The translations under genes were made by a program, and so were the position numbers. The notes beneath the pieces are model-generated. The model was not told the DNA's origin, searched no databases, and was given only the letters and a program-made list of their open reading frames with translations. 64,000 bases of DNA from an uncultured bacterium (GTDB lineage Bacteria > Patescibacteriota > Minisyncoccia > Phycocordibacterales > GWA1-40-21): positions 12,887 through 76,886 of the forward strand of contig CAWJAN010000005.1 in assembly GCA_963840885.1 (NCBI GenBank), read 5' to 3'. Each line of letters starts with the position of its first letter. Within the stretch, counting starts at the first letter, position 1. Below are positions 28,101 through 37,627 of this stretch, piece by piece.

Positions 28101-30854
28101 ACGATTCCTCCGGTAATTACAATAAACGGATCGAGCACTGTAAACGTATTCCAAAACTCTACATATACGGATCAGGGCGCGACAGCATTCGACAATGTTG
28201 ATGGAACGACAAGTGTAAGCATCTCATTTAACGATGTAGATACTTCGGCTACCGGAACATATTCCGTCGTATATTCTTCAACCGATTCTTCAAGCAATAC
28301 GGCATATGCTACGAGAACCGTAGATGTCATCGGAGCGCCGGGCGACGTAGTTCCTCCAGTCATCACCATCACAAACGGAACGCCGACAACGGTTTTGCAG
28401 AATTCAACATATGTTGATGACGGCGCAACCGCATTCGATAACGTTGATGGTACGACTTCAGTTGCAACCATCTTCAATGATGTCGATACTGCAGCTACCG
28501 GAACATATTCAGTAGTCTATTCGGCAACGGATACTGCGGGAAATAATTCGCAGGCGACGAGGACGGTGGATGTTATTGCCGGACCAACCGACAATACGCC
28601 TCCAGTCATCACCATCACAAACGGAACGCCGACAACGGTTTTGCAGAATTCAACATATGTTGATGACGGCGCAACCGCATTCGATAACGTTGATGGTACG
28701 ACTTCAGTTGCAACCATCTTCAATGATGTCGATACTGCAGCTACCGGAACATATTCAGTAGTCTATTCGGCAACGGATACTGCGGGAAATAATTCGCAGG
28801 CGACGAGGAATGTAAATGTCGTCGAAGCTACAAGCTCAGACAATATTCCGCCTGTAATCACAATAATAAACGGAACACCTACAACTATCACAGTTGGTTC
28901 AGTTTATACGGATGCAGGAGCTACGGCATTCGACAATATTGATGGAACTACGACAGTAACGACAATCTCAAACAATGTTGATTCAAATACTGTCGGAACA
29001 TATCAGGTTGTCTACTCAGCCACAGACGTAGCTGGAAATAACGCAACGGCGACAAGAGACGTAAATGTCATAAGCGGAGCTTCCGACAATACGCCTCCAG
29101 TCATCACCATCACAAACGGAACGCCGACAACGGTTTTGCAGAATTCAACATATGTTGATGACGGCGCAACCGCATTCGATAACGTTGATGGTACGACTTC
29201 AGTTGCAACCATCTTCAATGATGTCGATACTGCAGCTACCGGAACATATTCAGTAGTCTATTCGGCAACGGATACTGCGGGAAATAATTCGCAGGCGACG
29301 AGGATAGTAAACGTAATCGATCAGGACACTGTTGCCCCAGTCATAACGATTCTTGGCAATAATCCGGAAACCATTACTCAGTACATGACATATACAGATG
29401 CAGGCGCAGTAGCATTCGATAATGTCGACGGTTCAACGACTGTAACGATAATCTCGAACAATGTTGATACTTCGGCAACTGGAACATATTCTGTCGTCTA
29501 CTCAGCAACCGATATGTCAGGCAATGCCGCAACGGCAACCAGAACAGTTAATGTTACAGCGGACACACAGGCACCTGTCATAACGATTCTCGGAAATAAT
29601 CCTGAGAATGTGTTGCTAAACTCAGTCTATACTGATGCAGGCGCAACGGCCTTCGACAATGTCGACGGCACGACAACAGTCAATGCCACAGGCACGGTAG
29701 ATACCGCAGCGACTGGCACATACCAAATCGTCTATTCATCGACTGATTCTTCAAGCAATACGGCATATGCTACGAGAACTGTAGATGTCATTGCAGCTTC
29801 AAGCTCGGCAAAACAGATTCTTTCCTTCGACTTCAACGGCCTATCACCTGCAGCAACGGGAACGATCAACCAGATTTCCGGAACTATAAATTTGACTGTT
29901 CCTTCAGGAACAAATGTTACAAATCTTGTTCCGACAATCTCATTGTCCGCAAGCGCAAGCGTCAATCCTGGATCAGGAGCGGCTAATGACTTCACAAATC
30001 CTGTCGTATATACGGTTACCGCCCAAGACCTTTCAACATCGACATACACGGTCACGGTAACAGTTGCGACAACATCGACATCGACGCCAGATACTACTGC
30101 TCCGGCAATAACGATACTCGGGTCAAATCCAGTAACGCTTACTGTCGGCTCGTCATACACTGATGCAGGCGCAACAGCATTCGACAATGTTGATGGCGTA
30201 ACAACTGTAACGATAGCTTCAAACGATGTTAATACTTCGATTGCAGGTTTGTATCATGTCGTATATACATCGACTGATTCTTCAAGCAACACTTCGTTTG
30301 CAACAAGAACAGTTAATATCATTTCGACAAGTTCAAACAGTGGGGGACAAGTAACTATATTCGGCGGAGTCCCTGGACCATACGTTCCACCGACAACTCC
30401 GACATATACCGAACCAACACCTTCAACACCAGTTGTAACCACACCGGAAACACCTGCAGCACCTACGACACCGCAAACGCCGGCAAACAATACGCCTTCC
30501 GCAGGAACGAATAACAGCATCTCCGGAACGGAAAGCTCGTCTGGCAATCAGGCAAGCGGCGCATCAAATGCTGGAAATTCCATAGATTCTGCACTTGGCG
30601 GAATAATAGGAACGACTGGTGAATCGCAGGGCGGAGGATCAACATCTGCGGAAACAGCTACGACCGCAGCATCAACGACCGCAAACTCGTCAAACAAGAG
30701 TTTGGTGGCAACAGTACTTGAAGGTTTGTCGAGCGCAAAAGCTCTCTGGACAATACTCATACTTTTGCTCATCGCAGTAGCTTCATACATAACTTTCAGA
30801 CACTATAGCGAAAACGAAAGCCAAAACCAAAGCCAAAATAAGAAAACTAAATAA
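25122..30854 (+). CDS. Giant surface adhesin-like protein (Gly-rich domain, 11 DUF5011-like Ig repeats, S/T beta-helix-like region, PKD domain, C-terminal TM)
   Basis: Repeated D..APVITILG.NP...Y.DAGATAFDN.DG; WDFGDG PKD motif; signal peptide; C-terminal TM with basic tail. Confidence 0.9.
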   Translation: MTTNKRNIIKMLSNVFIVVLFAVSFSSVAYADYSTTTVLNTSGSFVVPQGVTGLTFSVVGGGGGGGGGAFTFAGGGGGSASAILNTNISVTPGQTISYTVGNGGNGGYGGSMQFAGGNGTNGGSTSFGSTTVSGGFGGQGAAYGNPSSGIGGLAGGIGGSNGTNGDTFFGQRVKGGNGGSNALGTAGVGGSGNSSSYVLATAGTNGAGGGGASGWQFNSNGTADAGATGGNGSIVVSYYADLTAPVITILGSNPETITVGTPYADAGAIALDNIDGTTTVATVSNNVDINTVGTYEVVYSATDTAGNNSMATRTVNVIAAPDTIAPVITILGSNPATTTVGSTYVDAGATAFDNVDGTTTVNIASNDVDTNATGTYSVVYTSTDSSGNTATATRVVIVGVASPVDTTAPTAPLISTTTAATGTITLSEDIAWFDSTDLESGVAYYLYLWDNSSATVLSTTTAGVSTTTSTTTNLTAFGTYWFHVAAVDNAGNVSLTTTYGPFLISDSNVLYVNSTIGGTLYSLFSPSLAEAAIASTTGATTIVNSSISVWWDINDSNVINTTVNDVAMNLVDATNSTLINDDIGNCQIINSDVENYYLRNCYVAFSVLDPSTLYSFTNSTSTNSQIYASNIDSSTIDHSYVATSTIGNSNISFSTTTDSTVASSTISNGSIISSSTVEISTVDNSNVSSSTVSTSTVTDSSIVNSTFTNSASDNSTTTDSAVDTSSLTNSTVSSSSATNSTITDSTLTNSTSTDSTITSSNLDTVVVASSTIASSTIADATITDAIIIDNTIYSGTITYNGTTTVISTSTPLGSLIEYAPVAAFSVATSNLQMNITDNTVDLNSGTVFPDSWTYMWDFGDGTSTTVLASTTGQNISYTYATSGTYTVSLTVTDGYGKVSTTSSQVTIVNNPDTIAPVITILGSNPDSVVAGTTYTDAGATAFDNVDGTTTVATISNNVDTLTLGTYQVVYSATDTAGNNATATRTVNVVSAPDTIPPVITINGSSTVNVFQNSTYTDQGATAFDNVDGTTSVSISFNDVDTSATGTYSVVYSSTDSSSNTAYATRTVDVIGAPGDVVPPVITITNGTPTTVLQNSTYVDDGATAFDNVDGTTSVATIFNDVDTAATGTYSVVYSATDTAGNNSQATRTVDVIAGPTDNTPPVITITNGTPTTVLQNSTYVDDGATAFDNVDGTTSVATIFNDVDTAATGTYSVVYSATDTAGNNSQATRNVNVVEATSSDNIPPVITIINGTPTTITVGSVYTDAGATAFDNIDGTTTVTTISNNVDSNTVGTYQVVYSATDVAGNNATATRDVNVISGASDNTPPVITITNGTPTTVLQNSTYVDDGATAFDNVDGTTSVATIFNDVDTAATGTYSVVYSATDTAGNNSQATRIVNVIDQDTVAPVITILGNNPETITQYMTYTDAGAVAFDNVDGSTTVTIISNNVDTSATGTYSVVYSATDMSGNAATATRTVNVTADTQAPVITILGNNPENVLLNSVYTDAGATAFDNVDGTTTVNATGTVDTAATGTYQIVYSSTDSSSNTAYATRTVDVIAASSSAKQILSFDFNGLSPAATGTINQISGTINLTVPSGTNVTNLVPTISLSASASVNPGSGAANDFTNPVVYTVTAQDLSTSTYTVTVTVATTSTSTPDTTAPAITILGSNPVTLTVGSSYTDAGATAFDNVDGVTTVTIASNDVNTSIAGLYHVVYTSTDSSSNTSFATRTVNIISTSSNSGGQVTIFGGVPGPYVPPTTPTYTEPTPSTPVVTTPETPAAPTTPQTPANNTPSAGTNNSISGTESSSGNQASGASNAGNSIDSALGGIIGTTGESQGGGSTSAETATTAASTTANSSNKSLVATVLEGLSSAKALWTILILLLIAVASYITFRHYSENESQNQSQNKKTK
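28353..29304 (+). repeat. Three apparently identical 211-bp copies inside the adhesin (28353-28563, 28599-28809, 29094-29304)
   Basis: cctccagtcatcaccatcacaaacgg...caggcgacgagga repeated; the opposite-strand ORFs at these positions also give identical translations. Confidence 0.9.
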
Positions 30855-30880
30855 TATAGTCTAAGAAAGTTTTGTAAGAC

Positions 30881-30913
30881 AAAATCGCCGGCACAAAAAG
30901 TGCCGGCGATTTT
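30881..30913 (+). terminator. Intrinsic terminator
   Basis: aaaatcgccggcac-aaaaa-gtgccggcgatttt. Confidence 0.8.
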
Positions 30914-30950
30914 GCTTTATAATTTTTTTAAAAATGCTAAAGTGATTCCT

Positions 30951-32048
30951 ATGTCATTATCGATAGGAATAGTCGGACTTCCAAATGTGGGAAAATCCAC
31001 TCTTTTCAACGCTCTCACTAGAAAGAGCGTTCTTGTCGCAAATTATCCTTTCGCAACTATAGATCCGTCTGTCGGCGTAGTTGCTGTGCCTGATGACAGG
31101 CTTTTCAAGCTTTCTGAATTTTCCAAATCGGCAAAAACCGTTCCGGCCGCAGTGGAGTTCGTTGATATCGCCGGGCTTGTGAAAGGCGCATCCGTTGGGG
31201 AAGGGCTTGGAAATAAATTCCTTACCAACATAAGAGAGACCGATGCGATAGCGGAAGTTGTCAGGATTTTTGAAGACGACAATATAATCCACGTCGCAAA
31301 TAAAATCGAGCCGCTCTCCGATATAGAAACGATAAATCTCGAGCTTATCTTGGCTGATCTGCAAACTGTTACAAAAAGACTTTCAAATCTTGGAAGCGAA
31401 ATCAAAAAGGGAAGCAAGGTTGCCATAATAGAAAATGGGGCGCTGGAAAGGCTTAAGACCGCCCTTGAAGCCGGGAAGCTCGCAAATACTGTAACGTTTG
31501 ATGAAAAAGAAAACGCCGAAATAAAAAAGCTTGGCCTTATCACCATGAAGCCCATCCTTTACGTTCTGAACAAAAAATCGGGAGGAAAAAATCTGGATGA
31601 AATGAATGACGGAAGATTTGCCGGACTTATAAAATTTTTTAAAGATAATAATTTCAAATATGTGGTTGTGGATGCGGGAATCGAGCAGGAGCTAAAAGAT
31701 ATGGAAGGGAAAGATAAGACAGAAATGCGCGAAGGGCTCGGAGTAAAAGATGACGGAATAAACGAACTTATAAAAGCCGGCTATGATTTGCTCGGCCTTA
31801 TCACTTATTTCACTACCGGAGAAGATGAAACCCGCGCCTGGACCATTAAAAAAGGATGGACGGCGCCGGAAGCAGGAACCGCCATTCACGGCGATTTCAA
31901 AGAAAAATTTGTTCGCGCCGAAGTTATTGAATGGAACAAATTGCTTGCCGCCGGCTCATATGGAGCGGCCCGCGAAAAAGGTTTGGTACGTACTGAAGGA
32001 AAAGAATATACCGTCAAAGATGGCGATGTCATAGAATTCAAAATATAA
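30951..32048 (+). CDS. ychF: Redox-regulated ATPase YchF
   Basis: GLPNVGKST, NYPFATI, DIAGLV.GAS.GEGLGNKFL, EGKEY.VKDGD. Confidence 0.97.
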   Translation: MSLSIGIVGLPNVGKSTLFNALTRKSVLVANYPFATIDPSVGVVAVPDDRLFKLSEFSKSAKTVPAAVEFVDIAGLVKGASVGEGLGNKFLTNIRETDAIAEVVRIFEDDNIIHVANKIEPLSDIETINLELILADLQTVTKRLSNLGSEIKKGSKVAIIENGALERLKTALEAGKLANTVTFDEKENAEIKKLGLITMKPILYVLNKKSGGKNLDEMNDGRFAGLIKFFKDNNFKYVVVDAGIEQELKDMEGKDKTEMREGLGVKDDGINELIKAGYDLLGLITYFTTGEDETRAWTIKKGWTAPEAGTAIHGDFKEKFVRAEVIEWNKLLAAGSYGAAREKGLVRTEGKEYTVKDGDVIEFKI

Positions 32049-32055
32049 AAAGCCC

Positions 32056-32286
32056 TCAGAACGAGGGCTTTCTTGTAAAAAAATCATTTACAAATAATTC
32101 CAGCTGGATTTCTAATATTTCTTTTTTTGCGCTGCCGACATGGTCTATATCAAGAACAGGGGCAGACGATGATTTTTTGACTTCTTTGAAACCTCCTCCT
32201 ATGATATATGCGATAAAAGAAAAAATACCAAGAAAAGAGATTAATGCTGCCAAACCGCCAAAAAAACAAAGAATGTTATGGAACAT
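32056..32286 (-). CDS. Small orphan membrane protein
   Basis: N-terminal TM; AAGGA SD and TATAAT upstream; shared hairpin at 32048-32071. Confidence 0.5.
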   Translation of the reverse strand: MFHNILCFFGGLAALISFLGIFSFIAYIIGGGFKEVKKSSSAPVLDIDHVGSAKKEILEIQLELFVNDFFTRKPSF

Positions 32287-32368
32287 TTCAGGTCCTTTGA
32301 ATGCGAGGTGAAAAGAACGGAATGCTTTTTATATTATATTACTTTTTCCTGACGGAATAAAGTCCGTA

Positions 32369-33541
32369 TTAAAAATGGCTAGTATGAACTTTTTTAATTT
32401 TTTCTTCTTCTTTTTCAATCTCATCTTTGCCAGCCAAAGTCCTTTTTTTCTTCGCCAAAAGATTTATCGCTATGATTGTAGTAATCGGCACAGCAAGAAT
32501 TATTCCTATGGAACCCATCAGAATCCTTACGATTTCTGCGGAAAAAAGTTCTCTGTTCACTATATTAGCCGCACCAGCTGGATCGGAAACATAAAATAAA
32601 AGAAGCAGGGGAAGTGCAACGCCAACATAAGCTATCGCGAGAGTATTGACGAGAGCGCCTATATGCTCGCGGCCTATTCTTATTGCCCGTTCATAAATCT
32701 TGTTTTTTGAAACGTCCGGAGCAATACGCAGAAGCTCTTCCACGGCAATCGCCTGGCTTATCGCTATGTCGTATAAAACTCCGAGAAGGCCGATTATTAT
32801 TCCGCTAAATAAAATTCCGAGCATATCAATGGAGCCTTTGGTATTAAGATTCAAAAAAGTGGCTTCTTCCGTGCCGAAACCCGTAAGCCGCGTAAAATGC
32901 ACCGCCCAATATGACAGAAGTCCTGTAACCACAACCGTCACTATCATGCCAGCGACGGCGGCTGAGGTCGTCTTATTGAAGCCGTGAGTAATGTAAGACC
33001 CGACAATTATTATTATGGATGCAACACCTATGGTAATAAGGACTGGGGAATTGCCGTGTAAAATTCCCGGCAAGAGAACATAGAAAATAAGAATGAAGCT
33101 GAAGATAAGACTGAGAAGCCCGCGCAAGCCTTGGATTCCGCCGAACAATAAAAGTATTATCAAAAAAATAATTGCTAGCACTGCCAGCTGGGGAAGCCTG
33201 TATGGCTGGTCTACTGAATAATAATCTTTTCCGTCAAACTGGCTTGAGGTGTGGTTCAGGTAAAAAATTTCTCCAACATTAAGATTTATATAGTCGTTGT
33301 CTACTGTTACTGTCTGTCCAGCTTGGCTGCCTTCAAGCACTTTTACGTCTATGACCTGGGAAGTTTCCGTTATGTCCGTGCCTACGACTTGTTGGGTTCC
33401 CTGGCTTTCTATTTTAATCACCTGCGCCTTCACCACCTCTACCTTGTCCGGAACTACTTCGCCAGCGCTTTGTGCATGCACTATGCCTGAAAATGAAAAA
33501 GAGGAAAGAATAAGCAATCCTGTAAAAAATAATCTTTTCAT
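32369..33541 (-). CDS. YibE/F family membrane protein
   Basis: GLRGLLSL, LGVLYDIAISQ, GREHIGALVNTL..AY.G, EIVR. Confidence 0.9.
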   Translation of the reverse strand: MKRLFFTGLLILSSFSFSGIVHAQSAGEVVPDKVEVVKAQVIKIESQGTQQVVGTDITETSQVIDVKVLEGSQAGQTVTVDNDYINLNVGEIFYLNHTSSQFDGKDYYSVDQPYRLPQLAVLAIIFLIILLLFGGIQGLRGLLSLIFSFILIFYVLLPGILHGNSPVLITIGVASIIIIVGSYITHGFNKTTSAAVAGMIVTVVVTGLLSYWAVHFTRLTGFGTEEATFLNLNTKGSIDMLGILFSGIIIGLLGVLYDIAISQAIAVEELLRIAPDVSKNKIYERAIRIGREHIGALVNTLAIAYVGVALPLLLLFYVSDPAGAANIVNRELFSAEIVRILMGSIGIILAVPITTIIAINLLAKKKRTLAGKDEIEKEEEKIKKVHTSHF

Positions 33542-33670
33542 ATATGTAATATTAACTTTTTAAGAATATTTTGTATATGCATTTTTTCCGAACGACGCTT
33601 GCATATATGCTTATAAATGGTATTATCTTAACCGTAACTTTAACACTATTTTTAACCATAGGGGAAAGCA

Positions 33671-34405
33671 ATGAACCATTTATTACCGATTCTGCTGTCA
33701 GCTGCAACATTTGTTTCAACATTCATAGGCGGCCACATAGCAATCAGATACAAAAAGTGGCTTCACTATATAATGTGCTTTACCGCCGGAGTCCTTATCG
33801 GTGTCGTTGCATTCGATATCTTTCCGGAAATCGTCAGTATTATAAAGGAAAATAATTTCGATGCGACCGGCGTTTCAATCGCAGGCATTATCGGATTTAT
33901 TCTTTTCTTTATTTTTGAGACGAAAATCCTTATGCATCATTCGCATGAGGATGAGTACGGGGAGCATAAGCATCCGCATGTAGGCATAGCATCTGCTATT
34001 GCTCTTGCGGGACACAGCTTCATGGACGGCGTCGGCATCGGACTCGGATTTCAGGTAAATCAAGCTGTCGGTATTCTGGTCGCAATCGCAGTGATTGCCC
34101 ATGATTTCACGGACGGCATGAATACTGTGACACTTGTCCTCCTGAACAAAAATCACGAGAATACCGCAAAAAAGTTTTTGTATATAGATGCTATTGCGCC
34201 TATTCTCGGGGTTGTCTCAACATTGTTCTTCCATCTGCCGGAAAGCTTTTTGGTTTTGTACCTGGGCTTTTTTGCAGGATTCCTGTCTTACATAGGCGGG
34301 AGTGACATCCTGCCGGAAGCGCATAGCGAGGGAAGTTCTAATACAAAAATCGCTCTTACGCTTTTCGGCTTGCTCTTTATTTTCATCGTAACTCGTTTTG
34401 TATAA
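33671..34405 (+). CDS. ZIP family metal transporter
   Basis: His-rich loop, HSFMDG, AHDFTDG, ILPEAH. Confidence 0.9.
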   Translation: MNHLLPILLSAATFVSTFIGGHIAIRYKKWLHYIMCFTAGVLIGVVAFDIFPEIVSIIKENNFDATGVSIAGIIGFILFFIFETKILMHHSHEDEYGEHKHPHVGIASAIALAGHSFMDGVGIGLGFQVNQAVGILVAIAVIAHDFTDGMNTVTLVLLNKNHENTAKKFLYIDAIAPILGVVSTLFFHLPESFLVLYLGFFAGFLSYIGGSDILPEAHSEGSSNTKIALTLFGLLFIFIVTRFV

Positions 34406-34493
34406 ATGTTTTACGAAAAATCCATGCTTGTCTTTACGGCGGCATGGATTTTTTATTTTTTCAGGAAGTGATATAACATAAGATATAAAAAAG

Positions 34494-35636
34494 GTGGAAA
34501 AACAAGGAAAAAAAGTATTCGTCGGCCTTTCAGGCGGGGTGGACAGCTCCGTCTCTGCCGCACTACTCAAAAAAGCCGGGTATGATGTCACCGGTGTATT
34601 CATAAAGGTATGGCAGCCTGATATCGGAGAATGCACCTCGAAGCAGGACCGGCTCGATGCGATGCGTGTCTGTGCAAAGCTTGATATTCCATTCTTTACG
34701 CTTGATCTCGAAAAGGAATACAAGAATGAGATTATCGATTACATGATAGCCGAATACAAAGCCGGCAGGACGCCGAATCCTGATGTCATGTGCAACAAAT
34801 ATATAAAATTCGGAGGATTCTTCAGATGGGCATTACAGCAAGGCGCGGATTTTGTCGCTACCGGACACTACGCGCAAGTACGCAGAATTACAAACCCCAA
34901 TAATAATCATTCTCACATTCTTACGAATGAGGTATATGTATTCGAACTTCTGGCGGGCGCCGACAAAAATAAAGACCAGTCGTATTTCCTCTGGACGCTG
35001 ACACAGCATGAGCTTTCAAAGACGCTTTTTCCGATAGGCCATCTGGAAAAACCGGAAGTCAGGAAGCTTGCGGAAAAATTCGGCCTGGCGACGGCGATTA
35101 AAAAAGATAGCCAGGGACTTTGCTTCATCGGCAAAATAGACATGAAAGATTTTCTCAAGATGTATATAAAAGAAAAAAAAGGAAAAGTGCTGAACGAAAA
35201 GGGAAAAACTATAGGCGAGCATGACGGCGCATATTATCTGACAATAGGGCAGAGGCACGGATTTAAAATCACGGAAAAAACCCCGGAAGACAGCCCTTAT
35301 TACGTGGTTTCAAAAGATATAAAAAATAATACCGTCACGGTCTCGCAAAAACCGCCTGTCTCGGAAAAAGAATCAAATATCATTTCTCTTGAAAAAATAA
35401 GCTGGATATCCGGCAATGAACCAGACTTGTCGAAACCTGTCCGGCCAGGAAAATATTCGGCAAGAATCAGGTACAGGCAGCCGCTTGAGGAATGCAGAAT
35501 AGTTAAAAGTTCAAAGCCAAAAGCTGAAAATCTAGAACTTCATTTCACGAATCCGCAAAAAGCCGTAACGGAAGGCCAGTCTGCCGTAATTTACGACGGA
35601 GAAATCTGCCTGGGCGGAGGAATTATTTGCCAATAG
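34494..35636 (+). CDS. mnmA: tRNA 2-thiouridylase
   Basis: SGGVDS, PNPDVMCN, ATGHY, KDQSYFL, DSQGLCF, GQSAV.Y. Confidence 0.97.
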   Translation: MEKQGKKVFVGLSGGVDSSVSAALLKKAGYDVTGVFIKVWQPDIGECTSKQDRLDAMRVCAKLDIPFFTLDLEKEYKNEIIDYMIAEYKAGRTPNPDVMCNKYIKFGGFFRWALQQGADFVATGHYAQVRRITNPNNNHSHILTNEVYVFELLAGADKNKDQSYFLWTLTQHELSKTLFPIGHLEKPEVRKLAEKFGLATAIKKDSQGLCFIGKIDMKDFLKMYIKEKKGKVLNEKGKTIGEHDGAYYLTIGQRHGFKITEKTPEDSPYYVVSKDIKNNTVTVSQKPPVSEKESNIISLEKISWISGNEPDLSKPVRPGKYSARIRYRQPLEECRIVKSSKPKAENLELHFTNPQKAVTEGQSAVIYDGEICLGGGIICQ

Positions 35637-35661
35637 GCTTTCGTTTGCTATTATAAACTAC

Positions 35662-36537
35662 ATGACAGACTTCTACGTAGTTAAATCGACAGGAGAAAAA
35701 CAGCTCTTTGACTATGGAAAGCTTGAGAGCTCGCTCCGCCGATCAGGTGCCGACGAACAGCTCATTGAAAGCATCGTCAAAGAAGTGAGCGAGACCGCCT
35801 ATGACGGAATGACGACAGAAGAAATCTACAAGAAAGCGTTCTCTATACTCCATCAAAAACATAATCCGGCAGCTATCAGATATTCTTTGAAAAAAGCCGT
35901 GGCCGAGCTCGGGCCTACAGGCTTTCCGTTCGAAAAATTCGTGGCGGAAATATTCAAAGCGCAAAATTATGAGACCCTTACAGACCAGATAATACACGGC
36001 AAATGCGTGGACCACGAGGTAGATGTAGTTGCCTGGAAAGACAATGACCTGATAATGTGCGAGGCAAAATTCCATACTGATTTCGCCTTGAAATCGGATC
36101 TTAAAGTGGCTCTTTACGTAAAAGCCAGATGGGACGATATTCTTGGAAAGCCATACACCTACGGCGGAAAGCAGCTTAAGCTTACGGAAGGGTGGCTCAT
36201 TACCAATACGAAATTCAGCTTATCGGCAATAAAATACGGCTCATGCATTCCGCTCTTCAAGCTTGTCGGATGGAATTATCCTTACGATAAGAATCTCCAT
36301 TACCTTATTGAAAAATACAATCTTATTCCGGTAACTGCGCTTACATCGATTAATACCGCTGAAAAAAACGCGGTAATAGCCAAAGGTATGATTCTTTCTA
36401 AGAATCTTCTTGATCCTAAAGTTTTCGAAGGGATGAGCTTCAGCGATGGAAAAATAAAAACCATACAGGATGAGGTGAAAGACCTGGTATCTCAGTCTGA
36501 GCTTCATTACGAACAAAGATACGGAAAGGCAAAATAA
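35662..36537 (+). CDS. ATP-cone domain + Mrr-like restriction endonuclease fold protein
   Basis: VVKSTGEKQ.FD..KL..SL ATP cone; FEKFVAE, EVDVVA, EAK, LITN. Confidence 0.8.
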   Translation: MTDFYVVKSTGEKQLFDYGKLESSLRRSGADEQLIESIVKEVSETAYDGMTTEEIYKKAFSILHQKHNPAAIRYSLKKAVAELGPTGFPFEKFVAEIFKAQNYETLTDQIIHGKCVDHEVDVVAWKDNDLIMCEAKFHTDFALKSDLKVALYVKARWDDILGKPYTYGGKQLKLTEGWLITNTKFSLSAIKYGSCIPLFKLVGWNYPYDKNLHYLIEKYNLIPVTALTSINTAEKNAVIAKGMILSKNLLDPKVFEGMSFSDGKIKTIQDEVKDLVSQSELHYEQRYGKAK

Positions 36538-36562
36538 AACCCCGCAAAATCTGCGGGGTTTC
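36536..36562. terminator. Bidirectional terminator
   Basis: aaaccccgca-aaatc-tgcggggttt. Confidence 0.75.
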
Positions 36563-36579
36563 TTAATATGAACGAAAGT

Positions 36580-36876
36580 TCAATTCTTGAAAGATTTGTA
36601 AAAAATCTTCAGGAATCTGAAAATGGTCCAGGAGCCAATGCAATAGCCGAAATTATACCAGCCGCCATTGTTATGGATTTCATATATCCCGACTTTGTCG
36701 GAAAAAAGCGAGATGATGAAAGCGACAGGCATTATGAATCCCTGCCACAAGCCATGCCAGAAACCAGCGATCTCGCAATTTGAATTGATGTAGCCTGTCA
36801 CATAGTCATGATCGGCAGCACATCCGCTTGAGAACAGAATATAAATGCATAGAGCAATCAGGCTTAATTTGAGCAT
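36580..36876 (-). CDS. Small lipoprotein-like membrane protein
   Basis: Lipobox-like SSGC; AGFWHGLWQG...IYE.HN.GGWYNFG; GGAGG SD and TTGACT-N17-TATAAT upstream. Confidence 0.75.
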   Translation of the reverse strand: MLKLSLIALCIYILFSSGCAADHDYVTGYINSNCEIAGFWHGLWQGFIMPVAFIISLFSDKVGIYEIHNNGGWYNFGYCIGSWTIFRFLKIFYKSFKN

Positions 36877-36997
36877 TTCTTGCCTCCAATTTTTCAGAAA
36901 GAATTCTATTCGATATTATAGAATATAAATAATAATAAGTCAATATAAATATGGAGATTGTTCTGCCAGCCGAATACGGTTAAAATGATTTTAAACT

Positions 36998-37588
36998 ATG
37001 GAAACTAACGACGAGGCGCTTAAAAAAATCCGAGATGAGGTCTTGAATCTTAAAAATTCGCCATTATATGAATATAGGATTCAGAATAAATACTTTCCGG
37101 TAATCGGAGAAGGGAATCATAGCGCAAAAATAATGTTTGTGGGAGAAGCGCCTGGCCGCAACGAAGCGAAAAGCGGCAGGCCGTTTTTCGGAGCCGCAGG
37201 AAAAATCCTGGACAAGCTTCTGGAACATGCCGGAATAAAACGCGAAGATGTCTATATAACGAATATCGTAAAAGACAGGCCGGAAAACAACCGTGATCCG
37301 AAACCTGAAGAAATAAAAATCTACGGCCCGTTCCTCGACAGGCAAATTGAGATTATAAAGCCAGAAGTAATAGCGACTCTCGGAAGATATTCCATGGACT
37401 ATATAATGAGGAAGTTCGGGCTCGATTCCGAATTAGTCCCCATAAGCAAGGCGCACGGCAAGGAATTCGATACTGAAGCGAGTTATGGCCCTATAAAGAT
37501 AGCAGTCTTATATCATCCGGCAGTAGTGGTATATAATCCTACAAAGCTCGACGAGCTTAAGAAGGATTTTGAAATATTGAAGAAATAA
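36998..37588 (+). CDS. Uracil-DNA glycosylase, family 4
   Basis: VGEAPG..E...GRPF.G.AG, TNIVK.RP.NNR.P, YHPA. Confidence 0.93.
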   Translation: METNDEALKKIRDEVLNLKNSPLYEYRIQNKYFPVIGEGNHSAKIMFVGEAPGRNEAKSGRPFFGAAGKILDKLLEHAGIKREDVYITNIVKDRPENNRDPKPEEIKIYGPFLDRQIEIIKPEVIATLGRYSMDYIMRKFGLDSELVPISKAHGKEFDTEASYGPIKIAVLYHPAVVVYNPTKLDELKKDFEILKK

Positions 37589-37627
37589 AGCTATTATTTA
37601 TATATAACAATTAAACAAATAAAAAAC

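Noticed and set aside
28353-29304. 211-bp repeats as IS elements or CRISPR
   Set aside because: They are in-frame domain repeats of the adhesin with no terminal inverted repeats or transposase.
33570-33612. Palindromes tgtatatgca and gcatatatgc upstream of the ZIP transporter as a metal-regulator site
   Set aside because: Short and AT-rich with no match to a motif I can name; could be chance.
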